Below are positions 10,491-20,390 of a stretch of DNA of 64,000 nt, in pieces. The stretch spans positions 7,449 to 71,448 of the forward strand of contig DJVP01000006.1 of NCBI GenBank assembly GCA_002441245.1, written 5' to 3'. How positions within the stretch are numbered: the first letter of the stretch is position 1; each line of letters starts with the position of its first letter. The translations under genes were made by a program, and so were the position numbers. The notes below the pieces were generated by a model. The model worked only from the letters and a program-made list of their open reading frames with translations. It was not told the origin of the DNA and did no database searches. This DNA is from Candidatus Omnitrophica bacterium UBA6253. GTDB taxonomy: Bacteria; Omnitrophota; Gorgyraeia; Gygaellales; Profunditerraquicolaceae.

Positions 10491-11650
10491 TAAGATATCT
10501 TTCTTAGCCGGACCAAAGCATCCCTGATCCTCTCTTTAGGAACAGTTAATGCCATGCGAATATAGCCTTCTCCGTATTTACCAAAACCCACTCCAGGAGT
10601 AGCTACGATATTGGCCTCTTTGAGCAGTTTTGCAGCAAAACTTATCGAATCAGTTTTAGCGGGAGTTTTTATCCATACATAAAATGTAGCCTTTGGTTTT
10701 ATGGCGTTCCAGCCAAGAGATAAAAGCCCGTCAACCAGGATATCCCGCCTCTCCTGATAAATATCGCACATAGATTTTATATATCCCTGCTGGCCTTCAA
10801 TGGCTGCTACCCCTGCAAGTTGAATCGCTGAAAATATTCCTGAATCAATATTAGACTTTACCTTGGCTAAAGCAGATATTAATTGCCTATTCCCGCTTGC
10901 CCAGCCAATACGCCAGCCGGTCATATTATAAGTCTTCGACAAGGAATGGAACTCTATCGCCACTTCCCTTGCCCCCGGGAATTCTAAAAGGCTACGCGCC
11001 TTATAACCATCATAAGCCATTTCAGAATAAGCTAAATCTGAAACAATTATAATCTTGTTCCTGGCGGCAAATTCAATAAGCTGCCGATAGAAATCATCGT
11101 TTGCGCAGGCGTTAGTAGGGTTATTAGGATAATTAACAAAAATAATCTTCGCTTTTTTACGCGCAATAGGCGGAATTTTATTTAAATCAGGAATAAAATT
11201 GTTTGATTCCAATAAAGGCATTATACAAGGCGAGCCCCCGGCTAGTATCGTGCCGCCTTTATATGGAGGATAGCATGGATCAGGAACAAGTGAAATATCT
11301 CCGGGGTTAAGAAACGCTAAAGGAAAGTGCGCTATACCTTCTTTTGAGCCAATCAACGGCAGTATCTCTGTATCCGGGTCTAAATCAACATCAAACCTGC
11401 GCCCATACCAACCCTGGATCGCCCGGCGCAAAACAGGCATCCCTTGATCCAAAGCATAACGATGGTTAGCCGGATCCTGGCTTGCTTTATATAAGGCCTC
11501 AATAATAAATTTAGGAGTAGGCTGGTCCGGATCGCCAATCCCCAAATCAATAATATCCCTCCCCTCCTTAGCTGCCTGGCGCTTAGCTTTATCAATCTCT
11601 AAAAATAGATACGGTGGCAATGACTGCAATTTCTTTGAAAATTTAAACAT
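10490..11650 (-). CDS. dapL: LL-diaminopimelate aminotransferase (class I/II aminotransferase, DapL-type)
   Basis: PLP aminotransferase fold (SLSKTYNMTGWRIG). Adjacent to dapB/dapA/dapF/lysA, and no dapD/dapC/dapE is present in the cluster. Confidence 0.7.
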   Translation of the reverse strand: MFKFSKKLQSLPPYLFLEIDKAKRQAAKEGRDIIDLGIGDPDQPTPKFIIEALYKASQDPANHRYALDQGMPVLRRAIQGWYGRRFDVDLDPDTEILPLIGSKEGIAHFPLAFLNPGDISLVPDPCYPPYKGGTILAGGSPCIMPLLESNNFIPDLNKIPPIARKKAKIIFVNYPNNPTNACANDDFYRQLIEFAARNKIIIVSDLAYSEMAYDGYKARSLLEFPGAREVAIEFHSLSKTYNMTGWRIGWASGNRQLISALAKVKSNIDSGIFSAIQLAGVAAIEGQQGYIKSMCDIYQERRDILVDGLLSLGWNAIKPKATFYVWIKTPAKTDSISFAAKLLKEANIVATPGVGFGKYGEGYIRMALTVPKERIRDALVRLRKIS

Positions 11651-11697
11651 ATCCCTTTCCTTGCCTTTCCTTACATTCTACCTACTATATTTATCTA

Positions 11698-12408
11698 TTA
11701 CCTCAATACATCCTGCATAGAATAGAGCCCGGCTGGCTTTTGAAAAACCCACTTTGCCGCTTTTAGGGCACCTACAACAAACAAGTCGCGCGAATGCGCC
11801 TGATGCTTAATCTCAATGCGCTCGGAATTTCCACAGAAAACTACTGTATGGTCGCCAAAAATATCTCCCAGCCGGATTGAATGAGTAGGAATATTCTTTT
11901 TAGTAACTTGAGTAATAACCTCAGCTATTTTTTTCGCTGTGCCACTGGGGGCGTCTTTTTTAGCTTTATGATGCGCCTCCACAATCTCAACGCTATAATC
12001 GGCTCCTAGTTTTTTAGCTATCTCAGGAAGAATAGAAAACAGAACATTTACCCCCACGGACATATTGGGGGTAAAAACCACCGGAACTATTCTGGAAACT
12101 TCCTCAACTTTATTTTTCTGCGCATCGCTTAAACCTGTAGTCCCCAATACAAGCGCCTTCCTGTATTTGGCCACGTAATCCAAATGCTCATCAACTGCTT
12201 CGGGTAAAGTAAAATCTACCAGGACATCGACCAAAAATAAACCATCCAGGTTCGATGAAACTTTTAACTTACCCAACTCCCTGCCGATTAAGGGAGTGCC
12301 TTTCTTTTCCAAAGCCAAGGCAACCTCAAAATCCCTGTCAAGCCCGGCAAGCTCAAAAATCCGCCTGCCCATTTTCCCGCAAGCGCCAGTAATCCCTAAT
12401 TTTATCAT
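11698..12408 (-). CDS. dapB: 4-hydroxy-tetrahydrodipicolinate reductase
   Basis: GITGACGKMG N-terminus; conserved EAHHKAKKDAPSGTA motif. Confidence 0.9.
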   Translation of the reverse strand: MIKLGITGACGKMGRRIFELAGLDRDFEVALALEKKGTPLIGRELGKLKVSSNLDGLFLVDVLVDFTLPEAVDEHLDYVAKYRKALVLGTTGLSDAQKNKVEEVSRIVPVVFTPNMSVGVNVLFSILPEIAKKLGADYSVEIVEAHHKAKKDAPSGTAKKIAEVITQVTKKNIPTHSIRLGDIFGDHTVVFCGNSERIEIKHQAHSRDLFVVGALKAAKWVFQKPAGLYSMQDVLR

Positions 12409-12512
12409 CCTGACTCCTTTATCCCCCGCTTAACCAGCTCGGGATTTCGCACAGTAAATGCGCACTTACCCATCATATATAGCAAGGTGCGCTAAATAAA
12501 AATATAAAGTGC

Positions 12513-13391
12513 TTATTTAAGTAACCCATAATCTTTGAGTGCTTTTTTAAGTTTCCCCAGATTATCCTGCGACATCTCACACATCGGCAGCCGCAAATCC
12601 GGATCGCATAAACCTAATAAGCCCATCGCGGTCTTAACCGGAATAGGATTAGTCTCCACAAAACAGGCCTTGATTAACGGCAATAATTTATAATGCAGGA
12701 TTTGGGCCTTTTTAATATTACCTTTTTCAAACGCGCTAACTAAATTCGCCACATCGGAAGGCACAATATTAGCCACCACAGAAATAATCCCGGTACCACC
12801 TATGCTCATAACAGGTAAGGTAAGAGAATCATCTCCTGATATAAGCTGAAAACTTGGCGGACAAAGCGCCTTAATCCGGGACATCTGATCCAGGCTTGCG
12901 GATGCCTCTTTTACCGCCACGATATTCTTACAGTCCCGCGCTAAATTGGCAATAGTCTCAGGCTCAATATTTACCCCGGTGCGTCCGGCAATATTATAAA
13001 GTATAATCGGGATCTTAACTGACTGGGCAATAGCTTTGAAATGCCTATATAAACCTGCCTGGGTCGGACGGTTATAATACGGCGAAACCTGCAAAGAAGC
13101 ATCCGCACCAGCGCTGGCTGCCTGCCTGGTAAGCATGATCGCCTCTTCGGTAGAGTTTGAGCCTGTACCGGCGATTACCGGGATCCTCTTATCAACTTGA
13201 TCAATAGTAACCTCAATCACCTTCTCGTGTTCATCAAAAGTCAAGGTTGCCGATTCACCGGTCGTGCCGCACGGCACAATACCGCTAGTCCCATTCTTAA
13301 TCTGAAATTCAATCAAACCCCTTAATTTCTTTTCATCAACTTTGCCATTATGAAAAGGCGTGACTATGGCCACAATCGAGCCCTTAAACAT
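12513..13391 (-). CDS. dapA: 4-hydroxy-tetrahydrodipicolinate synthase
   Basis: GSIVAIVTPF...GTTGES motifs; family-typical length. Confidence 0.9.
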   Translation of the reverse strand: MFKGSIVAIVTPFHNGKVDEKKLRGLIEFQIKNGTSGIVPCGTTGESATLTFDEHEKVIEVTIDQVDKRIPVIAGTGSNSTEEAIMLTRQAASAGADASLQVSPYYNRPTQAGLYRHFKAIAQSVKIPIILYNIAGRTGVNIEPETIANLARDCKNIVAVKEASASLDQMSRIKALCPPSFQLISGDDSLTLPVMSIGGTGIISVVANIVPSDVANLVSAFEKGNIKKAQILHYKLLPLIKACFVETNPIPVKTAMGLLGLCDPDLRLPMCEMSQDNLGKLKKALKDYGLLK

Positions 13392-14169
13392 AATACTCTC
13401 CTTTGTAGGCTATCTTTGCGCTGCCCTCTAACCAAACACCTCTAAATCTTTCATCATCTTTATTAAAATATATTTTTAAAACCTCGCCGCTTTGTGTTTT
13501 AACCTTCACCGGTGTTTTTAAATTATTTTTTAAAGCAAAAATAAGCGCAGCGGCAGTGCTGCCTGTTCCACAGGCCAGTGTTTCACCTTCAACTCCTCTT
13601 TCGTAGGTGCGAATACGGATAAGATTGTCATCTTTTACTTCCACAAAATTTACGTTTGTCCCGGCCGGGGAAAATTTAAGATGCCACCTTATTAAACAAC
13701 CGATACCCGTAACATCCATCTTATCCAGGCCATCCACAAAAATCACTACATGAGGAACACCGGTATTAATAAAATTGACTTTGATTAAACGGCCAGCTAC
13801 ATTTAAAGGAATATCCAGTTTAATTTGTTTTGGATCGGTAAGCTGGATTTTTACCTGGTTGCCATAAACCCGGGCATTAATTATTCCAGCCAGGGTCCGT
13901 ATTTTAATCTTTTTCTTGCCGCTGAATAAAGCGACGCAACGCGCTCCGTTACCGCACATCTCCGCTTCTGAACCATCGGCATTAATAATACGCATATGCA
14001 AATCCGTATTTTTGGCTTTGCTGATTAATAACAGTCCGTCGGCTCCCGCGCCGAATTTCCTATCGCATAGCACCCTGGCTAAAGCGCACAAAGAACCAGC
14101 CGGCTTCTTGTCAATAACCACAAAATCATTGCCGGAAGCAACCATCTTAGTAAAACTTATTTTCTGCAT
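13384..14169 (-). CDS. dapF: Diaminopimelate epimerase
   Basis: FTKMVASGNDFVVID and catalytic Cys motifs (MCGNGARC, ACGTGS). Confidence 0.9.
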   Translation of the reverse strand: MQKISFTKMVASGNDFVVIDKKPAGSLCALARVLCDRKFGAGADGLLLISKAKNTDLHMRIINADGSEAEMCGNGARCVALFSGKKKIKIRTLAGIINARVYGNQVKIQLTDPKQIKLDIPLNVAGRLIKVNFINTGVPHVVIFVDGLDKMDVTGIGCLIRWHLKFSPAGTNVNFVEVKDDNLIRIRTYERGVEGETLACGTGSTAAALIFALKNNLKTPVKVKTQSGEVLKIYFNKDDERFRGVWLEGSAKIAYKGEYYV

Positions 14170-14174
14170 ATTAT

Positions 14175-15461
14175 TTAACCTTTAAAATTAAGCTCATTAT
14201 GGATTAAGTCTGTGTAAGTTTCTCTTTTCCTGATTACAGATACCTTGGCTTTATTTACCAAAACTTCCGCTGCCCTGAGGCGTGAATTATAATTACTGGA
14301 CATGCTAAATCCATACGCCCCCGTGCTCATCACCGCAAGATAATCGCCTTCTTTAATACAAGCTGTCAAACGCTCTTTCGCCAGGAAATCACCGCTTTCG
14401 CAAATCGGGCCGACCACGTCTGCTTTTTCAGTCCTTAAAATTTTACGCACGGGCAGGATATTGTGATAGGCCCCGTAAAGCGCGGGACGAATCAGATCAT
14501 TCATCCCGCCATCAACAATAATAAACTTTTTCTTTAGAGTATGTTTAATATACAAAACCTTTGTTACTAATATCCCAGCGTTGCCAACAATAAACCTTCC
14601 CGGCTCCATAATTATCTTTAAGCCCGTCTTTTTCAAAAGAGGGGCTATTTCATTGGCATAAACCTGGGCAGTCTGGGGAGTTTCATGGGCATAAATAATC
14701 CCTAATCCCCCTCCTATATTCAGATATTCAAGTCTTATGCCTTTTAACTCCAATCTTTTGATAAAATCCGCCACTTTCTTAATCGCCGCCACAAAAGGAG
14801 CGCTTTCAGTAATCTGAGAACCAATATGGATATGCAGGCCGCAAATCTTCACATTCCTGAATTTATTACGCAAGAGCAATATCTTATAAGCATTATCCAA
14901 ATCAATGCCAAACTTATTGGTGATTTTACCAGTAGTGATAAATTTATGTGTCTTAGCCTCAACATCAGGATTTATACGGATGGCTACGCGGGTAACCTTA
15001 TCGAGCCTGCGGGCAATACGGTCAATGCTCCTTAGTTCCGGAAGCGATTCTACGTTAAAGAAAAGGATACCCTTTGCTATAGCCGTAGCAATCTCCGCTT
15101 CCGTTTTACCCACTGAGGCGTAAACAATTTTTTTGGCAGGACATCCTACTTTTAAAGCACGGAAAAGCTCGCCTCCTGAAACAATATCTAAACCGGCCCC
15201 CTTATCAATTAAAGATTTAAGAATAGCTAGATTAGAGTTAGCTTTTACTGAATAACAGATAAGCGGTTCAATTTGCCAAAAGGCTTTACGCAGTTTGATA
15301 AAGTGGTCTGTAAGGGTGTTATAACTATAAATGTGCAGCGGGGTGCCAAAACGGTCAGCCAAATCCTGAACTTTTAAATCTTCGCAAAATAAACTGTTAT
15401 TTTTATAAATAAAATCGTGCATTTTATATTTTTTAATTGCTATCTTAACCTTCTGCTCCAA
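14175..15461 (-). CDS. lysA: Diaminopimelate decarboxylase
   Basis: Fold-III PLP decarboxylase motifs (CYSVKAN, HIHIGSQ, ESGD). Confidence 0.9.
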   Translation of the reverse strand: MEQKVKIAIKKYKMHDFIYKNNSLFCEDLKVQDLADRFGTPLHIYSYNTLTDHFIKLRKAFWQIEPLICYSVKANSNLAILKSLIDKGAGLDIVSGGELFRALKVGCPAKKIVYASVGKTEAEIATAIAKGILFFNVESLPELRSIDRIARRLDKVTRVAIRINPDVEAKTHKFITTGKITNKFGIDLDNAYKILLLRNKFRNVKICGLHIHIGSQITESAPFVAAIKKVADFIKRLELKGIRLEYLNIGGGLGIIYAHETPQTAQVYANEIAPLLKKTGLKIIMEPGRFIVGNAGILVTKVLYIKHTLKKKFIIVDGGMNDLIRPALYGAYHNILPVRKILRTEKADVVGPICESGDFLAKERLTACIKEGDYLAVMSTGAYGFSMSSNYNSRLRAAEVLVNKAKVSVIRKRETYTDLIHNELNFKG

Positions 15462-16816
15462 GCAACTAACTGCTGTTTGACCATTTCAGGATTTGTGCTG
15501 CCAAAAGATTTCTTTAAATTAACAGATGCCCAGGCATTAAGTATATTCCTTACATCTGATTTAAACTTTGGAGAATATTTCTTCAATTCTTTTTCGTTTA
15601 AAGAAGAGATCTTCTTTCCCCTATCCAGGCACTCCCTGACCATCCTGCCCACAATATCATGCGCCTGCCGGTAAGAAACACCTCTTTTAATCAAATACTC
15701 CACTATATCTACCGAAAATAATGATTCATCTTTTACCTTGGCGGAAATCGCTTCCTTTTCAATTACAATATTGGCAAAAAGCGCAATAAAAATCTCCAGA
15801 ACCCCCTTAACAGCATCTATCGCGTCAAAAAGCGGAGGTTTATCCAACTGCATATCACGGTTATAAGAAGTAGGCAGCCCCTTCATTAACATTATCACGC
15901 TAGATAGATTCCCCTGAATCTGCCCAACTGAGCCGCGAATCAACTCTAAAATATCCGGATTCTTTTTATGCGGCATAATACTGGAACCGGTACAAAATGA
16001 AAAGTCAATATCAATGAAATTAAATTCTTTTGTCGACCAGAGAATTAAATCTTCGGCTATACGCGATAAATGCACGGAGAGTATTGCCAGATCCGCCAAT
16101 ACCTCAATTATATAATCACGGTCGCTGACCGAATCAATGCTATTAGCAGTTTGCTTTGTAAACTTAAGCTCTTTTCTTACAAAATTCCGGTCAATGTTTA
16201 AGCCTGTACCGGAAAAAGCGCAGGAACCAAGCGGCATAGAATTAATTCTTTCTTTGGCATCGATTAATCTCTGTTTATCTCTCTCCAATGCCTCTACGTA
16301 TGCCAACAAATGGTGCGCCAAAAGCACACATTGGGCAATCTGCATATGCGTATATCCCGGAATAACTACCCTAGAATTACCAGCAGCGAATTTCAGTATT
16401 GCCTTCTGCAACTGCGCGCTAAACTCCATCAGATTATCAATTTCACTTCTCAAATACATCCTAGTATCCAAGGCAACCTGGTCATTTCTTGACCTAGCGG
16501 TATGCAGTTTATGCGCCGGTTCGCCGATCTTCCTGTTCAAAAGCTCCTGGATATTGGAATGGATATCTTCGGCAGCCGGATCAAACTTAAATTTTCCGCT
16601 GATTACATCCTTAAGTATTAAACTCAGGCCCTTAACAATCTTGCGGCCGTCCTTTTGGGGAATAATCTTTTGTTTAGCCAGCATTTTAGCATGAGCAATG
16701 CTGCCTAAAATATCATACTTAGCCAGCCTTTGATCAAAGATTATTGATGAAGTAAATCTATCGGTCAAAGCATTTGTCTTTTTATTAAACCTTGTACCCC
16801 AAAGTTTCTTGGACAT
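15440..16816 (-). CDS. argH: Argininosuccinate lyase
   Basis: GTRF...SSIMPHKKNPD fumarate-lyase signature. AGGAGG Shine-Dalgarno upstream. Confidence 0.95.
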   Translation of the reverse strand: MSKKLWGTRFNKKTNALTDRFTSSIIFDQRLAKYDILGSIAHAKMLAKQKIIPQKDGRKIVKGLSLILKDVISGKFKFDPAAEDIHSNIQELLNRKIGEPAHKLHTARSRNDQVALDTRMYLRSEIDNLMEFSAQLQKAILKFAAGNSRVVIPGYTHMQIAQCVLLAHHLLAYVEALERDKQRLIDAKERINSMPLGSCAFSGTGLNIDRNFVRKELKFTKQTANSIDSVSDRDYIIEVLADLAILSVHLSRIAEDLILWSTKEFNFIDIDFSFCTGSSIMPHKKNPDILELIRGSVGQIQGNLSSVIMLMKGLPTSYNRDMQLDKPPLFDAIDAVKGVLEIFIALFANIVIEKEAISAKVKDESLFSVDIVEYLIKRGVSYRQAHDIVGRMVRECLDRGKKISSLNEKELKKYSPKFKSDVRNILNAWASVNLKKSFGSTNPEMVKQQLVAWSRRLR

Positions 16817-16876
16817 CTTTTCTCCTCCTATTATAAAAGATTGCTACTCTCAAGCGGGTGACGAGACTTGCTTTAA

Positions 16877-16920
16877 GCCGCAACGTGCGGCGAAAACAGG
16901 ACTCGGCAGGACAGGCTTAA
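16877..16920. promoter_or_regulatory. Conserved inter-cistronic element copy 1 (GCCGCAACGTGCGGCGAAAAC ... GACAGGC TTAA) between argG and argH
   Basis: Direct comparison with 18170..18213 shows a shared GTGCGGCGA(A/G)AAA core plus GACAGGC..TTAA. A local GC hairpin GCCGCA-CGT-TGCGGC forms on the coding strand. Confidence 0.35.
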
Positions 16921-16925
16921 CGCAT

Positions 16926-18110
16926 CTATCTTTTATAAGGCATACCCCAAAGTTTGATAAAACCCTCAGCCAACTTTTGGTCAAATTTGTCTTCTTTTCC
17001 GTAAGTGCTTAATTCTTTTTTATAAAGAGAATTGGCGGATTTTCTGCCCACAACAACACAACTGCCTTTTGATAGCCTTAACCTGATAGTGCCACTTACG
17101 AACCTTTGCGTCTTTTCCACAAAACCATCCAAGGCGTCCTTTAAAGAGGAAAACCACAAACCATAATAAACCAGTTCCGCATATTTAAGACTGACTATCT
17201 CCTTAAAATGCGCCAGCTCTCTGTCAAGAACAAGTGCTTCTAATTCCTTATGCGCGGCATAAAGAATAGTGCCTGCCGGTGCTTCATAAATCTCCCTGGA
17301 TTTGATCCCCACCAGCCTATTCTCAACCATATCGCTTCTCCCCACCCCGAATTGCCCGCCGACTTCATTTAAATAATTTATAATATCCTTTAACTTCAAC
17401 AGCTTCCCGTCAATCCTGGTTGGTATGCCTTTTGCAAAAGTCACCTCGATATACCGCGGATAACTTGGGGTATGCGTAGGGCTCTTAGTAATCATATAAG
17501 CATCTTCCGGAGGCTCCTGCTCCAAATTCTCCAGGATACCTGCTTCAATACTAATACCCCAGATATTGCGATCAATACTATAAGGTTTTTTCTTAGTTAC
17601 ATCTATCGGAATATTAAATCTCAGCGCATAATCAATCTCTTCTTCGCGCGATTTGAATTCCCACTCCCGCACCGGAGCTATGATCTCAAGCCTCGGATCA
17701 AGTATGCCTACAGCAACCTCGAGCCTTACCTGGTCGTTACCTTTTCCGGTACAGCCATGCGCAACCGCGCCGGCCTTTTCCTTATGCGCAATCTGCACCA
17801 GATACTTAGCGATCAATGGCCGGCCTAATGCCGTCGCCAAAAGATACCTTCCCTCATAAATAGCATTGGCCTTTAAAGCCGGGGCTATAAAATCTTTAAT
17901 AAATTCTTCCTGGAGATCGCGGATATAAACTTTAGTTGCGCCGGCAGCCAAGGCCCGCGCTTCAATTGCCTCAAAGTTTTCACCCTGGCCCAGGCCCTGG
18001 CCCAAGTCGGCAACAAAACAGATTACTTCATAGCCCCTCTCCTTCAACCACCTGACTATGCAAGAAGTATCTAGCCCGCCCGAATACGCTAATACCACCT
18101 TCTTCATCAT
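16926..18110 (-). CDS. argG: Argininosuccinate synthase
   Basis: AYSGGLDTS PP-loop motif; conserved throughout. Confidence 0.95.
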   Translation of the reverse strand: MMKKVVLAYSGGLDTSCIVRWLKERGYEVICFVADLGQGLGQGENFEAIEARALAAGATKVYIRDLQEEFIKDFIAPALKANAIYEGRYLLATALGRPLIAKYLVQIAHKEKAGAVAHGCTGKGNDQVRLEVAVGILDPRLEIIAPVREWEFKSREEEIDYALRFNIPIDVTKKKPYSIDRNIWGISIEAGILENLEQEPPEDAYMITKSPTHTPSYPRYIEVTFAKGIPTRIDGKLLKLKDIINYLNEVGGQFGVGRSDMVENRLVGIKSREIYEAPAGTILYAAHKELEALVLDRELAHFKEIVSLKYAELVYYGLWFSSLKDALDGFVEKTQRFVSGTIRLRLSKGSCVVVGRKSANSLYKKELSTYGKEDKFDQKLAEGFIKLWGMPYKR

Positions 18111-18169
18111 CTCTCCTAATCTTGGTTAGAATTAACTGTTAAATTAACGCATGACTTGGGTATTTTCGA

Positions 18170-18213
18170 GCTGCGGAGTGCGGCGAGAAAATACCCAAGA
18201 CAGGCCCTGTTAA
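18170..18213. promoter_or_regulatory. Conserved inter-cistronic element copy 2 (GCTGCGGAGTGCGGCGAGAAAA ... GACAGGC..TTAA) between argF and argG, inside a 13-bp stem hairpin
   Basis: Motif shared with 16877..16920. Flanked by inverted repeat CTTGGGTATTTTC (18155..18167) / GAAAATACCCAAG (18186..18198). Confidence 0.35.
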
Positions 18214-19139
18214 TGACTACCTAATAATTTTATTAAAATCGCTTTTTGCACATGCATTCTATTTTCCGCCTGGTCAAAGACAATTGAATTCCTGCTTTCC
18301 ATAACCTCATCGGTTATCTCTTCGCCTCTATGCGCAGGCAAACAGTGCATAACCAGAATATTCTTTGCCGCATTAGCTAAAAGTTTAGCATTAATCTGAA
18401 AATCCTTAAAAATAACTTTTCTCTTGTTAACCTCTTCTTCCTGGCCCATGCTCGCCCAAACATCAGTATAGATTACCTGGGCGTTCTTAACCGCGCTAAC
18501 GGGATCTTCTGTAATAACTATCCTGCTACCGGTCTCTTTGGCAGCCGCCTGCGACAACTTTACAACTCCATCCGCAGGAGCATATCCCTTAGGAGTAGCC
18601 ACGGAAATGTTCATCCCGGTTTTAGCCGCGGCAAAAAGCAAAGAATTGCAAACATTATTTCCGTCACCGACATAAGCCAGGGTAACTTTCTTTAACTCTT
18701 TAAGCTTTTCTTTAATCGTAAAGAGATCTGCCAGTGCCTGGCAGGGATGAGAAAAATCCGTTAATCCATTTATCACCGGCACAGTTGCCGCCTCAGCCAT
18801 ATCCAGGCAGTTTTTATGCTCAAATGTCCTTAAGACAATCCCGTCAACATACCGGGAGATAGTCCTTGCCACATCCCCGATGGTTTCTCTGACACCCAGG
18901 TTAATCTCCTGAGGAGACAAATAAAGAGAATTACCGCCCAGTTGATACATGCCCACCTCAAAAGAAACCCGCGTCCTGTTTGACGGTTTCTGGAAAACTA
19001 AAGCCAGGGTTTTTCCGGCCAAGGATTTAGCAAATTTCTTTTTATTCTTCTTGAGCTGCTTGCAAAGCTTAAAAATGGAATTGATTTGCGCTAAATTCAA
19101 ATCTCCAATCGAAAGCAGGTCTTTTTTCATTATGTGCAC
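18210..19139 (-). CDS. argF: Ornithine carbamoyltransferase
   Basis: STRTR-like carbamoyl-phosphate binding motif (SNRTRVSFE) and HCLP motif. Confidence 0.9.
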   Translation of the reverse strand: MHIMKKDLLSIGDLNLAQINSIFKLCKQLKKNKKKFAKSLAGKTLALVFQKPSNRTRVSFEVGMYQLGGNSLYLSPQEINLGVRETIGDVARTISRYVDGIVLRTFEHKNCLDMAEAATVPVINGLTDFSHPCQALADLFTIKEKLKELKKVTLAYVGDGNNVCNSLLFAAAKTGMNISVATPKGYAPADGVVKLSQAAAKETGSRIVITEDPVSAVKNAQVIYTDVWASMGQEEEVNKRKVIFKDFQINAKLLANAAKNILVMHCLPAHRGEEITDEVMESRNSIVFDQAENRMHVQKAILIKLLGSH

Positions 19140-20314
19140 TCCTTAAAAACTTCTTCTAATATTTTTACAGCCTTATCAATCTCATTTTTGTTGATATTTA
19201 ACGCCGGCATCAACCTTAAGACTTTTTCATGCGTGCAATTAATTAATAAACCCCGTCCCAAGCATTTATCAAAAACCTGCTTTCCATCAATGTTTAGCTC
19301 TATGCCAAACATCAGCCCTATCCCCCGGACATCTTTGATTGCCGGATGGGCTGCCTTTAAAAGGTTCAACTTCTCAAAAAGGTATTCGCCCATATTTTGG
19401 CAATTTTTAAGCAGCTTTTCCTTTTGTATAGCTTTAAATACCCCCAAGGACGCTTTACATATTACCGGCCCGCCGCCAAAAGTAGAGGCGTGCATACCAG
19501 GGGTAAGCAGGTCGCTAAACTCTTTCTTAGCTATCATAACCCCGATAGGCAGGCCTCCAGCTAAAGCTTTGGCCAAAGTCATTATATCGGGAGTTATTCC
19601 ATAATGCTGGTAACAAAACATTTTACCTGTCCTGCCGATACCGGTCTGCACCTCATCAATAATTAAAAGAAGCCCCTTCTCATCGCATATTTTCCTAAGT
19701 TCAATAACAAAATCCTTTTCGGCAATATTTACTCCGCCTTCCCCCTGGACAAGTTCAAACATAATAGCAACGGTTTTATCCGTAATCGCCTGCTTTAAAG
19801 CCGCGATATCATTAAATTTAACCTGCTTAAAACCTTCCGGCATAGGGCAAAAACCAGTCTGGTATTTTTTCTGGCCCGTAGCTGCCAGGGTTGCCAGGGT
19901 CCTGCCATGAAAGGCGTTTTCAAAAGTAATTATTTCATATCTACCGGTGGCAGCGCCAAATTTCCTGGCTAATTTAATCGCCCCTTCATTGGCCTCCGCC
20001 CCGGAGTTAGCAAAAAATACCTTACCCGGAAAACTCCAGTAGATCAACTCCTTGGCCAGCTTTGCCTGAAAGGGATGATAATAATTATTCGGCACAAAAA
20101 TAAGCTTGCCGGCCTGGTCCCGCAGCCCCTGCATCACCCTAGGGTGACAATGCCCTAAACTGCCTACGCCCCATCCCGGGAAGAAATCCAGGTAGGCCTT
20201 GCCGTTGATATCCCATAAACGAGAGCCCTTGCCCTTGACAAAAACAAGCGGTACCTTATTATAGGTAGGCATTATATTTTCTTTGTAAACCTGGAATATC
20301 TCCTCGACCTTCAT
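19130..20314 (-). CDS. argD: Acetylornithine aminotransferase (class III PLP aminotransferase)
   Basis: Class III aminotransferase motifs (DEVQTGIGRTGK) within the arg operon. GAGGGAGGG Shine-Dalgarno upstream. Confidence 0.85.
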   Translation of the reverse strand: MKVEEIFQVYKENIMPTYNKVPLVFVKGKGSRLWDINGKAYLDFFPGWGVGSLGHCHPRVMQGLRDQAGKLIFVPNNYYHPFQAKLAKELIYWSFPGKVFFANSGAEANEGAIKLARKFGAATGRYEIITFENAFHGRTLATLAATGQKKYQTGFCPMPEGFKQVKFNDIAALKQAITDKTVAIMFELVQGEGGVNIAEKDFVIELRKICDEKGLLLIIDEVQTGIGRTGKMFCYQHYGITPDIMTLAKALAGGLPIGVMIAKKEFSDLLTPGMHASTFGGGPVICKASLGVFKAIQKEKLLKNCQNMGEYLFEKLNLLKAAHPAIKDVRGIGLMFGIELNIDGKQVFDKCLGRGLLINCTHEKVLRLMPALNINKNEIDKAVKILEEVFKECT

Positions 20315-20390
20315 TTACCCTCCCTCGCAAGCTTAAGGGAATTTCGCTGCACGTACATTCTAAAACACTTCTTTCTTAAAATAGCGGTGT

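Noticed and set aside
12409-12512. Possible lysine riboswitch (L-box) or T-box upstream of dapB/dapA
   Set aside because: The spacer is only about 100 nt, too short for an L-box, and shows no conserved L-box helices. Only a weak GCGCAC/GTGCGC inverted repeat was seen.
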